Below are positions 1 through 7,272 of a DNA stretch of 64,000 nt, in pieces. The stretch lies in IMG/VR virus record IMGVR_UViG_3300020424_000002, positions 64,001 to 128,000 of that record; one strand, given 5' to 3'. The stretch's first letter is position 1. Each line of letters opens with the position of its first letter. The position numbers were made by a program, and so were the translations under genes. The notes under the pieces were generated by a model. That model had not been told where the DNA came from. It did no database searches and saw nothing but the letters and a program-made list of their open reading frames with translations. The stretch comes from a virus.

Positions 1-616
1 ATGCTTCTTTTAGTTGTGGACATTTACCTTCAACTGCTTCTTCTAATTCTTTTTCTAGGTTGTGGAAATTATCACCTACTTTTACTGCAACTGGGCCTGA
101 TACTTGTTCATCTGTTAGATATGCAAAGACATCAAATTTGTTTTTAGGGTCATCAAAGTATAAATCTAATTGATATTCTATCTCACCAGCATATTCATTT
201 GCTTTGTTTAGAATTCTTTCTTGAATAGAGATAACTGGTTTCTTTTTCTTTTCTTCGTCTTTGATTGCTTTGAGAGAATCTATGTCTTTGATACATTTAT
301 CGACATGTTTTTCTATGAATGCAGTTGTAGATGGATTTAGTAAATCCCCTTCGAACATACAAGGAACTGACCTAGTTTGCATTCTTGCAAGGGCAGCTGC
401 AGTTCTAGGGACATACTTAAGTCTCTTAACTCCTTTGATATATTTGTCTTCATAGTCCCTATCAGACATCCATGTTGATAACCATTCACCACATGATTTA
501 TTATCACTCATGTAGTTGTACCAATTCATGCATCTTCCTTTGTCTCTTTCGTCTTCTGCATGAGGTTCTACACCATAATAGATTTCATCAAGAGATTTTT
601 GTTTTCTCTTACTCAT
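1..616 (-). CDS. Hypothetical phage protein, truncated by the window edge
   Basis: Manual translation from ATG at 616: MSKRKQKSLDEIYYGVEPH...WYNY...SIQERILNKANEYAGEIE..., open to position 1. Confidence 0.75.
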   Translation of the reverse strand, partial: MSKRKQKSLDEIYYGVEPHAEDERDKGRCMNWYNYMSDNKSCGEWLSTWMSDRDYEDKYIKGVKRLKYVPRTAAALARMQTRSVPCMFEGDLLNPSTTAFIEKHVDKCIKDIDSLKAIKDEEKKKKPVISIQERILNKANEYAGEIEYQLDLYFDDPKNKFDVFAYLTDEQVSGPVAVKVGDNFHNLEKELEEAVEGKCPQLKEA

Positions 617-642
617 GTTAATTACTTATAAAAAACAAATTT

Positions 643-873
643 TTAAGTATTATCTCCCTCAGTATAAGTAGTTCTCTGTTTATCAAACTGACCTTTACCT
701 GTAAGTGGTTGTTTCTGAAAAGGAAACGCATCTTCTCTTCTCTCAGGCAAGTTATCTATGTGATTTTTAATTCTTTTTCTTTTCTTCTCCTCTGCAATTA
801 TGATTGTAGTTCCAATTGCAAAAATTCCAGAAGCAAGAAGTAAAAGAACTTTTAGTACTATTTCCCAATCCAT
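643..873 (-). CDS. Small membrane-anchored hypothetical protein
   Basis: N-terminal hydrophobic helix followed by a basic stretch. Confidence 0.65.
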   Translation of the reverse strand: MDWEIVLKVLLLLASGIFAIGTTIIIAEEKKRKRIKNHIDNLPERREDAFPFQKQPLTGKGQFDKQRTTYTEGDNT

Positions 874-1181
874 TCTATATCCTCTTTTGGTATTACTTGA
901 TATGCACCTTTGTTGTACGCTGGTGCAACTGTAAACTTTTTAGACTCTTCTAACTTCCAACTGTTATCTACATTCTTTGTTGGTCTTGCATTGACACCTA
1001 AAGAAGGATACTTCTTCCTATGGTCTTCTGATGCTCTTATCCTGTCTAATTCAGATTGACTTGGTTTTAACTTTTTGTATGACATAGTATGACACTTTTT
1101 CTTCGTAGAAAGACTCTTGGTCTTTCTTTTACGACCTGTCATGTCATACCTTAAACTGTTTCCTAAATTTATTGTACCCAT
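858..1181 (-). CDS. Basic hypothetical protein of T4-like phages
   Basis: C-terminal VAPAYNKGAYQVI motif recalled from myovirus hypotheticals; overlaps both neighbours. Confidence 0.65.
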   Translation of the reverse strand: MGTINLGNSLRYDMTGRKRKTKSLSTKKKCHTMSYKKLKPSQSELDRIRASEDHRKKYPSLGVNARPTKNVDNSWKLEESKKFTVAPAYNKGAYQVIPKEDIEWIGK

Positions 1182-1567
1182 AATGTAATCAAGTTCCTTA
1201 GTAAGAAAAACAATCCTACTGCATTTAACATAATCAATGCTCTATCTTTCCATGCAATAGAGACACCTACCCAACCACTGATACCAATGATTGATAAAAT
1301 CAAATCTACATTTTGTAATTCTGGAATCCCACGAATTGACATTGCACCTAATATAAATGCAGAAGATATCCACTTAAGATACCAATCCCATGTATACTTT
1401 GGTGTTGCAGATTTAAATATCCTAGTAGAGTTTTTTAACTCTTCTTGAGTAAACTTACTAGACTGTTTCTTTGCTTTTTCTTTGAGACTCAGCAATCTGT
1501 TTTTTAAGTTCTTTTTCAAAATCTTTCCACTCCTTAAGTGTTTTGAATTCACTTTGGTATTTACCAT
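1169..1567 (-). CDS. Small multi-TM membrane protein (DUF6552-like)
   Basis: Three hydrophobic segments; KW.SS...W.DRALI.LN motif. Confidence 0.6.
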   Translation of the reverse strand: MVNTKVNSKHLRSGKILKKNLKNRLLSLKEKAKKQSSKFTQEELKNSTRIFKSATPKYTWDWYLKWISSAFILGAMSIRGIPELQNVDLILSIIGISGWVGVSIAWKDRALIMLNAVGLFFLLRNLITLWVQ

Positions 1568-1600
1568 ATATTTTTAATCTTTGTTGTTGTTGAGGTTGAC

Positions 1601-1762
1601 TCATCTTCCTTGTCCTCTATATTTTTTATAAGACCTTTTCTTATGTTTATTCATGTGAGACATAGAAATTTTAGTTCTACGACTCCTACCGCCTGTACCC
1701 TGTGATGTACATTTTCTTACACTTACATGTGTAGTTGTAAATCCTCTAGTCTTTACTGCCAT
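1601..1762 (-). CDS. Small very basic protein (53 aa; not in ORF track)
   Basis: MAVKTRGF...SQGTGG...NKHKKRSYKKYRGQGR; GGAG SD upstream. Confidence 0.75.
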   Translation of the reverse strand: MAVKTRGFTTTHVSVRKCTSQGTGGRSRRTKISMSHMNKHKKRSYKKYRGQGR

Positions 1763-1787
1763 TATACTCCTGTTCTATCTCTCCAGA

Positions 1788-1912
1788 AAAAAGTGAAGTG
1801 ACAACGATGATGGGGAAGGAGAGAGTAAACCCAATCACCAGCACCTTTAGGGGTTTTATATGAGAATCAGACTCAGACCCAATATACAACTGCCATGAGT
1901 TGTCACTTCGAA
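1788..1912 (-). ncRNA. Candidate structured RNA closed by an 11-bp stem
   Basis: GAAGTGACAAC (1795-1805) / GTTGTCACTTC (1899-1909) inverted repeat, internal hairpins, U-tract after the stem. Confidence 0.45.
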
Positions 1913-1917
1913 ACTGT

Positions 1918-2121
1918 TTACCTTGGTTCTAAAATAGAATTGTTCACTGCTTGTAATCTCTGCCAGTCTTTAAACTCTTTGTAAGACCTTAGTCCTTCTG
2001 GTGCAGAATAGATAGCTTGAACTTCATCGAAATAAGGATGTGAGTCATCACACTTGTAACCCATATCATTGATTTCTTTTATCCTAATATCTTTCCAAGA
2101 TTGTTTGTTTTCATTTGTCAT
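1918..2121 (-). CDS. Hypothetical protein
   Basis: ORF directly downstream of an RGGTACA promoter. Confidence 0.65.
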   Translation of the reverse strand: MTNENKQSWKDIRIKEINDMGYKCDDSHPYFDEVQAIYSAPEGLRSYKEFKDWQRLQAVNNSILEPR

Positions 2122-2127
2122 ATTTGT

Positions 2128-2157
2128 ATTCTACTATAAGTTGTACCTATCTGTCAA
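2128..2157 (-). promoter_or_regulatory. Class A promoter (18-bp spacer, RGGTACA box)
   Basis: TTGACA-gatAGGTACAacttatag-TAGAAT. Confidence 0.8.
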
Positions 2158-2543
2158 TACCCAATTCTCTCTGTGATTTTTTCATGGAGACCAAACTCAA
2201 GTTTTTTTGCCTCTCGTTCACTAGGATATCGACCCTCTAAAAATTGTTTACAATGTACCATTTCATGTGCAAGAGTTTGATACATATCATCATCCTCTTT
2301 GGTTAGTTCTATAGTGACAGACTCTTTATCACCATAACAATAACCTATTGCATAATCATAGTCTTTTGGAAACTTGTTGTAAAGAAGAACCTCTATATCT
2401 GCATCAATAATTTTTAATTGTCGACATGCTTCTACAACATAATTGTAGATAAGTTGTTCATCTTCTATTCTTATGCGACCCCCTCTAGGGCCTGAAATTG
2501 TAACCTCAATCATTCCAATTGTACTCTGGTGTGACTTGTCCAT
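2154..2543 (-). CDS. Putative zinc metallopeptidase (HExxH); true start probably ~2513
   Basis: TLAHEMVHCKQF...E motif. Confidence 0.65.
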   Translation of the reverse strand: MDKSHQSTIGMIEVTISGPRGGRIRIEDEQLIYNYVVEACRQLKIIDADIEVLLYNKFPKDYDYAIGYCYGDKESVTIELTKEDDDMYQTLAHEMVHCKQFLEGRYPSEREAKKLEFGLHEKITERIGY

Positions 2544-2892
2544 TTACAATTTCTTGTATGAAATCGACAGCTTCATATGAATTACCACCAATGTGCCAGT
2601 CATATTCACCTATTGGAGTACTACCACCAGTTTTCCAATTGTAAACTGTTGCTTTAATATATTCAAAGTCTTTATCACCCCATTGGTCTGTAAAATAAAC
2701 TTTACCATCAATAACCCATTCAGTTTGGGTTTTTTCATATGGGTCTCCTGTAGAAAAAGTTGGTTTACCAAAAAGATTTTCTAATGTACTATATGTTGCA
2801 TTAACTGTTCCTTGCAAACTAGTACCACTTACTAGACTAAAATCATTTGCAACTTCATATTCAATATTTTCTGATAAGATATCTATTAACAT
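2506..2892 (-). CDS. Hypothetical protein
   Basis: ORF in a tightly overlapping operon. Confidence 0.7.
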   Translation of the reverse strand: MLIDILSENIEYEVANDFSLVSGTSLQGTVNATYSTLENLFGKPTFSTGDPYEKTQTEWVIDGKVYFTDQWGDKDFEYIKATVYNWKTGGSTPIGEYDWHIGGNSYEAVDFIQEIVNGQVTPEYNWND

Positions 2893-3092
2893 ACTGCTAA
2901 CTCCTCAAATTGTTCATTTACTACTAATTCTTTTGCATACTCCACAAAATCTCCACCACCTTCTTTACCAGTGAATTGAGATAAAAGTTTCACACCACCT
3001 TCACTTAAAAGTGATGCAAGTTCTTGAAGAGTTTTACCTTCTAACTCTTCGTAAAGGTTTTCTTTGATTACTGTATTTGTATTATTTGACAT
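2886..3092 (-). CDS. Acidic hypothetical protein
   Basis: AAGGAG SD; first gene after a class A promoter. Confidence 0.7.
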   Translation of the reverse strand: MSNNTNTVIKENLYEELEGKTLQELASLLSEGGVKLLSQFTGKEGGGDFVEYAKELVVNEQFEELAVC

Positions 3093-3114
3093 ATTACTCC
3101 TTTATTACAAAAGT

Positions 3115-3144
3115 ATTATATCAAAAGATGTACCCACCTGTCAA
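3115..3144 (-). promoter_or_regulatory. Class A promoter
   Basis: TTGACA-ggtGGGTACAtcttttga-TATAAT. Confidence 0.85.
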
Positions 3145-3145
3145 A

Positions 3146-3221
3146 TGGTGGAGCTGATAGGAATCGAACCTACGACCTTCTGGATGCAAACCAGACGCTC
3201 TCCCAACTGAGCTACAGCCCC
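3146..3221 (-). tRNA. tRNA-Ala (UGC)
   Basis: GGGGCTGTAGCTCAGTTGGGAGAGC...TCTGG-TTTGCAT-CCAGA...GTTCGATTC...CTCCACCA; G3:U70 identity pair; encoded CCA. Confidence 0.97.
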
Positions 3222-3820
3222 TCACTATATTTGAAATTGATATCACTATGATGTTGCTCATCTGCTCTGACCTTTTTGATTAGGTCTGAAAGCTTTGCAC
3301 TTTTTTTCATCCCATAGTATTCTATTGCAAGTTGTGGTGCTGGGATGTTTTCTACTTCACCACTTTCTACCATCTTAAGGTATTCTGTATATGACTTTAC
3401 TGCTTCTTCTTCGAAGTAATGTATCATTCTATGTGCAGTCTTGGGGAAGAACACATACAGTATAAAATAAAATATCCAAAAGATTGCCTGTGCAAATAAC
3501 ACTAACCATCTTTCAAATACATTTGGTTTGGTAATTTCTATGAAAAACATAAGATGCATTCTTTCATTCTCTGCCTCTGCAAGAAGTTCTCTTATCATAG
3601 GGCCATACCCTGTTTTCATTTGTCTAAGACTTGTTAGGTGCATCCACATACCAGCAACCATGCCAGGCACACCAGCAACTGTTTCTAGGACAACTGCACG
3701 ATGTCCATACCTCTTTGCAAAAAATGTATCTGCAACAAAACGAAAGAACTTCGTCATTGACATTGCAAACCAATCTGATACTTTATTCATCCTTATGCAT
3801 TTTAATGAATGCCTCTGCAT
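3212..3820 (-). CDS. aox: Alternative oxidase (ubiquinol oxidase); start probably ~3790
   Basis: All four diiron motifs: LETVAGVPGM, EAENERMHL, FEEEA.SY, RADE.HH. Confidence 0.93.
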   Translation of the reverse strand: MQRHSLKCIRMNKVSDWFAMSMTKFFRFVADTFFAKRYGHRAVVLETVAGVPGMVAGMWMHLTSLRQMKTGYGPMIRELLAEAENERMHLMFFIEITKPNVFERWLVLFAQAIFWIFYFILYVFFPKTAHRMIHYFEEEAVKSYTEYLKMVESGEVENIPAPQLAIEYYGMKKSAKLSDLIKKVRADEQHHSDINFKYSEGL

Positions 3821-4118
3821 CTATAACCACTAATGGTTTATGATGATTCTTTTTAATTACGACTATGGGTTCATAGTCCCCAGAATTCTCTAGTGCTTGC
3901 TTGTACGACTCCCAGACATTGACTCGTTCTTGATTTTTACATTCAATTGAGTAAGGAAATTTCTTCCTTGCAGCTCTTGCCATAATGAGGTCTTCACCAG
4001 AAGCACCCATAGACCTACTTTCAACATCTTCTTCATGTATTTCTAATTCCTCAATGAGTCTCTCACGAGTCCATTTTTGTAAATTTCTTCCCTTTGCCTT
4101 AGCAGATTGTACCTTCAT
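3783..4118 (-). CDS. PD-(D/E)xK nuclease, Hjc-like Holliday junction resolvase
   Basis: KAKGR...GEDL...SIECKNQE. Confidence 0.7.
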   Translation of the reverse strand: MKVQSAKAKGRNLQKWTRERLIEELEIHEEDVESRSMGASGEDLIMARAARKKFPYSIECKNQERVNVWESYKQALENSGDYEPIVVIKKNHHKPLVVIDAEAFIKMHKDE

Positions 4119-4329
4119 TCACTTTTTCCCATGATATAATTGTGTCCCACTCAATGTCATCCCACTTTGAGTTTTCAACATCCCAAACTACAACTTTATT
4201 ACTTTGTACACTTTGTTTTGCTGAATGTCCTTTATAAACTCCAGTTATATTCCTACCAGAGTTTAAAGAACGAAAATCTATTTTAACTTTAGATGTTTTT
4301 AATGCATCTAATATTACCTGTCTATTCAT
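4099..4329 (-). CDS. Small SH3/WYL-like protein
   Basis: IDFRS.NSGR...VWDVE...W pattern. Confidence 0.55.
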   Translation of the reverse strand: MNRQVILDALKTSKVKIDFRSLNSGRNITGVYKGHSAKQSVQSNKVVVWDVENSKWDDIEWDTIISWEKVNEGTIC

Positions 4330-4495
4330 CGAAGTCTAACTCCTCGTTCATATCAAAATCATCTTCTATTTTTAATTCTGAACCACAAAATGGACAAAAT
4401 TTAACTTCATATCCATCACCCAACTCATGTTCTATATCACCTTCTGCACCACACTCTAAACAATAAAACGACTCCACAAAATCTGGGTCTTGCAT
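4322..4495 (-). CDS. Acidic zinc-ribbon protein (57 aa; not in ORF track)
   Basis: CLECG...CPFCG with acidic tail; GGAG SD. Confidence 0.75.
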   Translation of the reverse strand: MQDPDFVESFYCLECGAEGDIEHELGDGYEVKFCPFCGSELKIEDDFDMNEELDFDE

Positions 4496-4507
4496 AATTG
4501 ATTCTCC

Positions 4508-4732
4508 TTATTTTTGATTATGCCATGCATATAACTGGTCATAACCACCGATGTTTTCACCTTCTACTCTTATCTGAGGGAAGGTTCTTGCGCCTGGAAA
4601 TTGTTCAAATAACTCTTCCCTAGTAAAGTCTACATCTAATTGTTTGTAGACAAATTCGTATCCTTCTCGTTCACAAAGTTGTTTTGCTTTATCACAATAA
4701 GGACATACTGGTTTTCCATATATCTCTATCAC
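4508..4732 (-). CDS. nrdC: Glutaredoxin
   Basis: CPYC, TFPQI, IGGY motifs. Confidence 0.93.
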   Translation of the reverse strand: MIEIYGKPVCPYCDKAKQLCEREGYEFVYKQLDVDFTREELFEQFPGARTFPQIRVEGENIGGYDQLYAWHNQK

Positions 4733-5172
4733 TTCATAGTCTCCTGTATAAATTCACCTAATAGTTCTATATCACTATCTGACAACATTGCAGCTTGTCC
4801 CCACATTGTGGATGACATTGCACCTACTGTTTCTCTGTTTTTGTAAGAAGTAAGTCTTCCTATAATATAATCTGAACTTTGACCTGCTAATCTAGGGAAT
4901 GTTGCAATACCTTGTCCTTCATTTCCATGACAAGCTGCACATCCAGCCCATAATCCTCTAATAGATGAAAATGGGTCACCAGCATCTGCAAGTTGTTTTG
5001 CCTGTAGTTGTTCTACTACTGAACCATGTGTTCTTACATATTCTTCATAACACTCACCTGTGCATGTATGAGCACTCTGATAACCTGTATATTCTAAGTT
5101 AGGGTATATCATTGTAGAAAAAAATATTCCAAATGCAAATACACCTACCAAAACCATTCCTAATTCTCTCAT
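4729..5172 (-). CDS. Membrane-anchored monoheme cytochrome c (c553/c4-like)
   Basis: N-terminal TM; CAACHG; PRLAGQ...Y; distal Met ligand. Confidence 0.88.
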   Translation of the reverse strand: MRELGMVLVGVFAFGIFFSTMIYPNLEYTGYQSAHTCTGECYEEYVRTHGSVVEQLQAKQLADAGDPFSSIRGLWAGCAACHGNEGQGIATFPRLAGQSSDYIIGRLTSYKNRETVGAMSSTMWGQAAMLSDSDIELLGEFIQETMK

Positions 5173-6290
5173 AATTTAAATCCCTCAAATGTATTTTCTT
5201 TTATGTCTTGTTTAATACCACCGATAACATAAGATTCAATCTCTGTCTCCTGTGGTGCATTCTGTTGTCCTCTAGATGATAACCAGTGTTGTGTCCATGG
5301 TAATGGATTAGTTCTACTTGAGATATCATATATAGGGTTCAAACCAATTGCACGAAGTCGTCTATTTGCAATATACTCTACATATTGACTTAACAATGCA
5401 GTTGATAATCCTAACATACTACCATATTTAAATAGGTATTCTGCCCAATCTTTTTCTTCTGTAACTGCATCTTCATACATTTTGTAAACATCTGGTTCAC
5501 AATCTTTCATAACTTTTAACATTACTTTATCTTTTTCTTCTTTTTGATAACATTTTAAAATGTGTTGTGATATTGCAAGATGTTGTGCTTCGTCTCTTGC
5601 AATCAGACTAATAATCTTTGCAGAACCTTCCATCTTTTTCATTTCTCCAAATGCAAAAGTACATGCAAATGATACAAAGAAACGAATACCTTCAAGTATG
5701 TTAATACTAATTAGTGCAAGATATAATCTTTTCTTAAGTTCATATTCATCTTTTTCGTATCCTAAACTATATCTCTGTGCATAGTCTATGAACTCATCAT
5801 ATCTTTTTGTGACTGATTCTGCTCTTGCAATAATCTTTTCGTCATCTAGAATCGTATCAAATACCTTTGATGGGTCTGAATACAAATTCTTTATCATGTA
5901 AGTGTAGGAACGACTATGGATAGTTTCCATAAAGTCCCATGCAATGATACATCCTTCTAACTCTGGAAGAGTACAGAAAGGTAACAATGCAGTAGCAGGG
6001 CCTCTACCTTGAACTGAATCTAAAAGTGTTTGATACTTTAGATTACTAGTAAAGATATGTTTATGTGCTTTACTTAGTTCATTGTAGTCGTTCCTATCTT
6101 TTTGAAGAGAAACTTCTTCTGGTCTCCAGAAATACCCAAGTTGTCTTTGTGTTAATTTGTCGAAAATCGGATATTTAAAATCGTCATATCGTTGGGTATT
6201 AAGTTCCTCTCCAAAGAAAATTGGATTCTTTAAAAAATTTACTTTGTTTCTATTAAATACTTTACTCATATTTTTCGTATCCTTTACCAC
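5169..6290 (-). CDS. nrdB: Ribonucleotide reductase class Ia beta subunit
   Basis: FWRPEE, ETIHSRSY, EGIRF, RDEAQH, APQETE.SY. Confidence 0.97.
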   Translation of the reverse strand: MVKDTKNMSKVFNRNKVNFLKNPIFFGEELNTQRYDDFKYPIFDKLTQRQLGYFWRPEEVSLQKDRNDYNELSKAHKHIFTSNLKYQTLLDSVQGRGPATALLPFCTLPELEGCIIAWDFMETIHSRSYTYMIKNLYSDPSKVFDTILDDEKIIARAESVTKRYDEFIDYAQRYSLGYEKDEYELKKRLYLALISINILEGIRFFVSFACTFAFGEMKKMEGSAKIISLIARDEAQHLAISQHILKCYQKEEKDKVMLKVMKDCEPDVYKMYEDAVTEEKDWAEYLFKYGSMLGLSTALLSQYVEYIANRRLRAIGLNPIYDISSRTNPLPWTQHWLSSRGQQNAPQETEIESYVIGGIKQDIKENTFEGFKL

Positions 6291-7272
6291 ATGGTTTACC
6301 TGTGATAGGGTCTGTTAATGCAGAATTTCCATATGTCCAATATGTTTCTGCACTTTGTATTGCATCATTTGCCTTATTCCATTCTCTACTTGCCTTACTA
6401 CCTACTCCATGATATATTGATGGTCTACCATCATATTTTAATATAGGAAAGTCTCTATGCATTGGCCCATCTTTATGCAAATAATGTATAAAAATTTGTC
6501 TTGCACTATCTCCAGCAAGTCTTTCTCTCCAATGTATTACATTACTTCCTTGATAAAATAATGCATCGCCTGGTTCTAGATTTACTGGTATACAGTTTTC
6601 TCTCTCATCAAAAGGACTTCCCATTGTTAAATCCCATGATGTGGTATTATCCATTCCACAATAATTCATATCATTACGAACCCATATTGTCCATGGTTTA
6701 TTATCATCGGTATCATATGATATAGGAAAAGTTGCACTAAATTCACATGATGGTCTATCAGTATGACTTAGTAACCTTGAATGTCTGTCATAAGTTCTTC
6801 CATATGAATATGTTGGAACTAATCGAACACCAAATAAGTCTTCAATTTTCTTTTGATACATTAAAAGAATTGTTTCTCCATAATTTGGAAAAGGCATTCC
6901 TTTACTAACCCATGTATCTAATCCTTTACCTTTATCATCAAAGTTTTCTGAAATAATATGTTCTTCACGATAATATTGTTTTCGTTGTTCTTGGAACTTA
7001 AACATATGTTCAGTCCAATTAATGTGAGACTGACTAAAGAAGTCTCTTGCAACAAAAAATCTATTCTTTGCAAACGAATAACCTTCCTTGGTTATTTCTG
7101 GTGCATCCTCTGGATGGTCTGTCTCTGGGTTGAAGATTTTATTTCTTCCTTCAACTGATAGATTATAGTTTCTTAAAATTCTTTCTTGAATTTGTTTTAC
7201 ACTTTCAAGATGTTGTTCTTTTCTTTGTTGTTTTTCTTCTTTACTTACTCTTGCAAATTCTAAATGGCGCAT
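6262..7272 (-). CDS. 2OG-Fe(II) oxygenase between nrdA and nrdB
   Basis: PTYSY.R.Y, HTDRPSCE, GDA..Y.G...HWRE. Confidence 0.8.
   Translation of the reverse strand: MRHLEFARVSKEEKQQRKEQHLESVKQIQERILRNYNLSVEGRNKIFNPETDHPEDAPEITKEGYSFAKNRFFVARDFFSQSHINWTEHMFKFQEQRKQYYREEHIISENFDDKGKGLDTWVSKGMPFPNYGETILLMYQKKIEDLFGVRLVPTYSYGRTYDRHSRLLSHTDRPSCEFSATFPISYDTDDNKPWTIWVRNDMNYCGMDNTTSWDLTMGSPFDERENCIPVNLEPGDALFYQGSNVIHWRERLAGDSARQIFIHYLHKDGPMHRDFPILKYDGRPSIYHGVGSKASREWNKANDAIQSAETYWTYGNSALTDPITGKPCGKGYEKYE

Noticed and set aside
4322-4495. Zinc-ribbon protein as a LysW amino-group carrier
   Set aside because: It lacks the C-terminal EDWGE motif, and no LysX-like ligase is adjacent.
6262-7272. Gene between nrdA and nrdB as a homing endonuclease or intron
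   Set aside because: It has 2OG-Fe(II) oxygenase motifs; nrdA, nrdB and gp43 are uninterrupted and of normal length.
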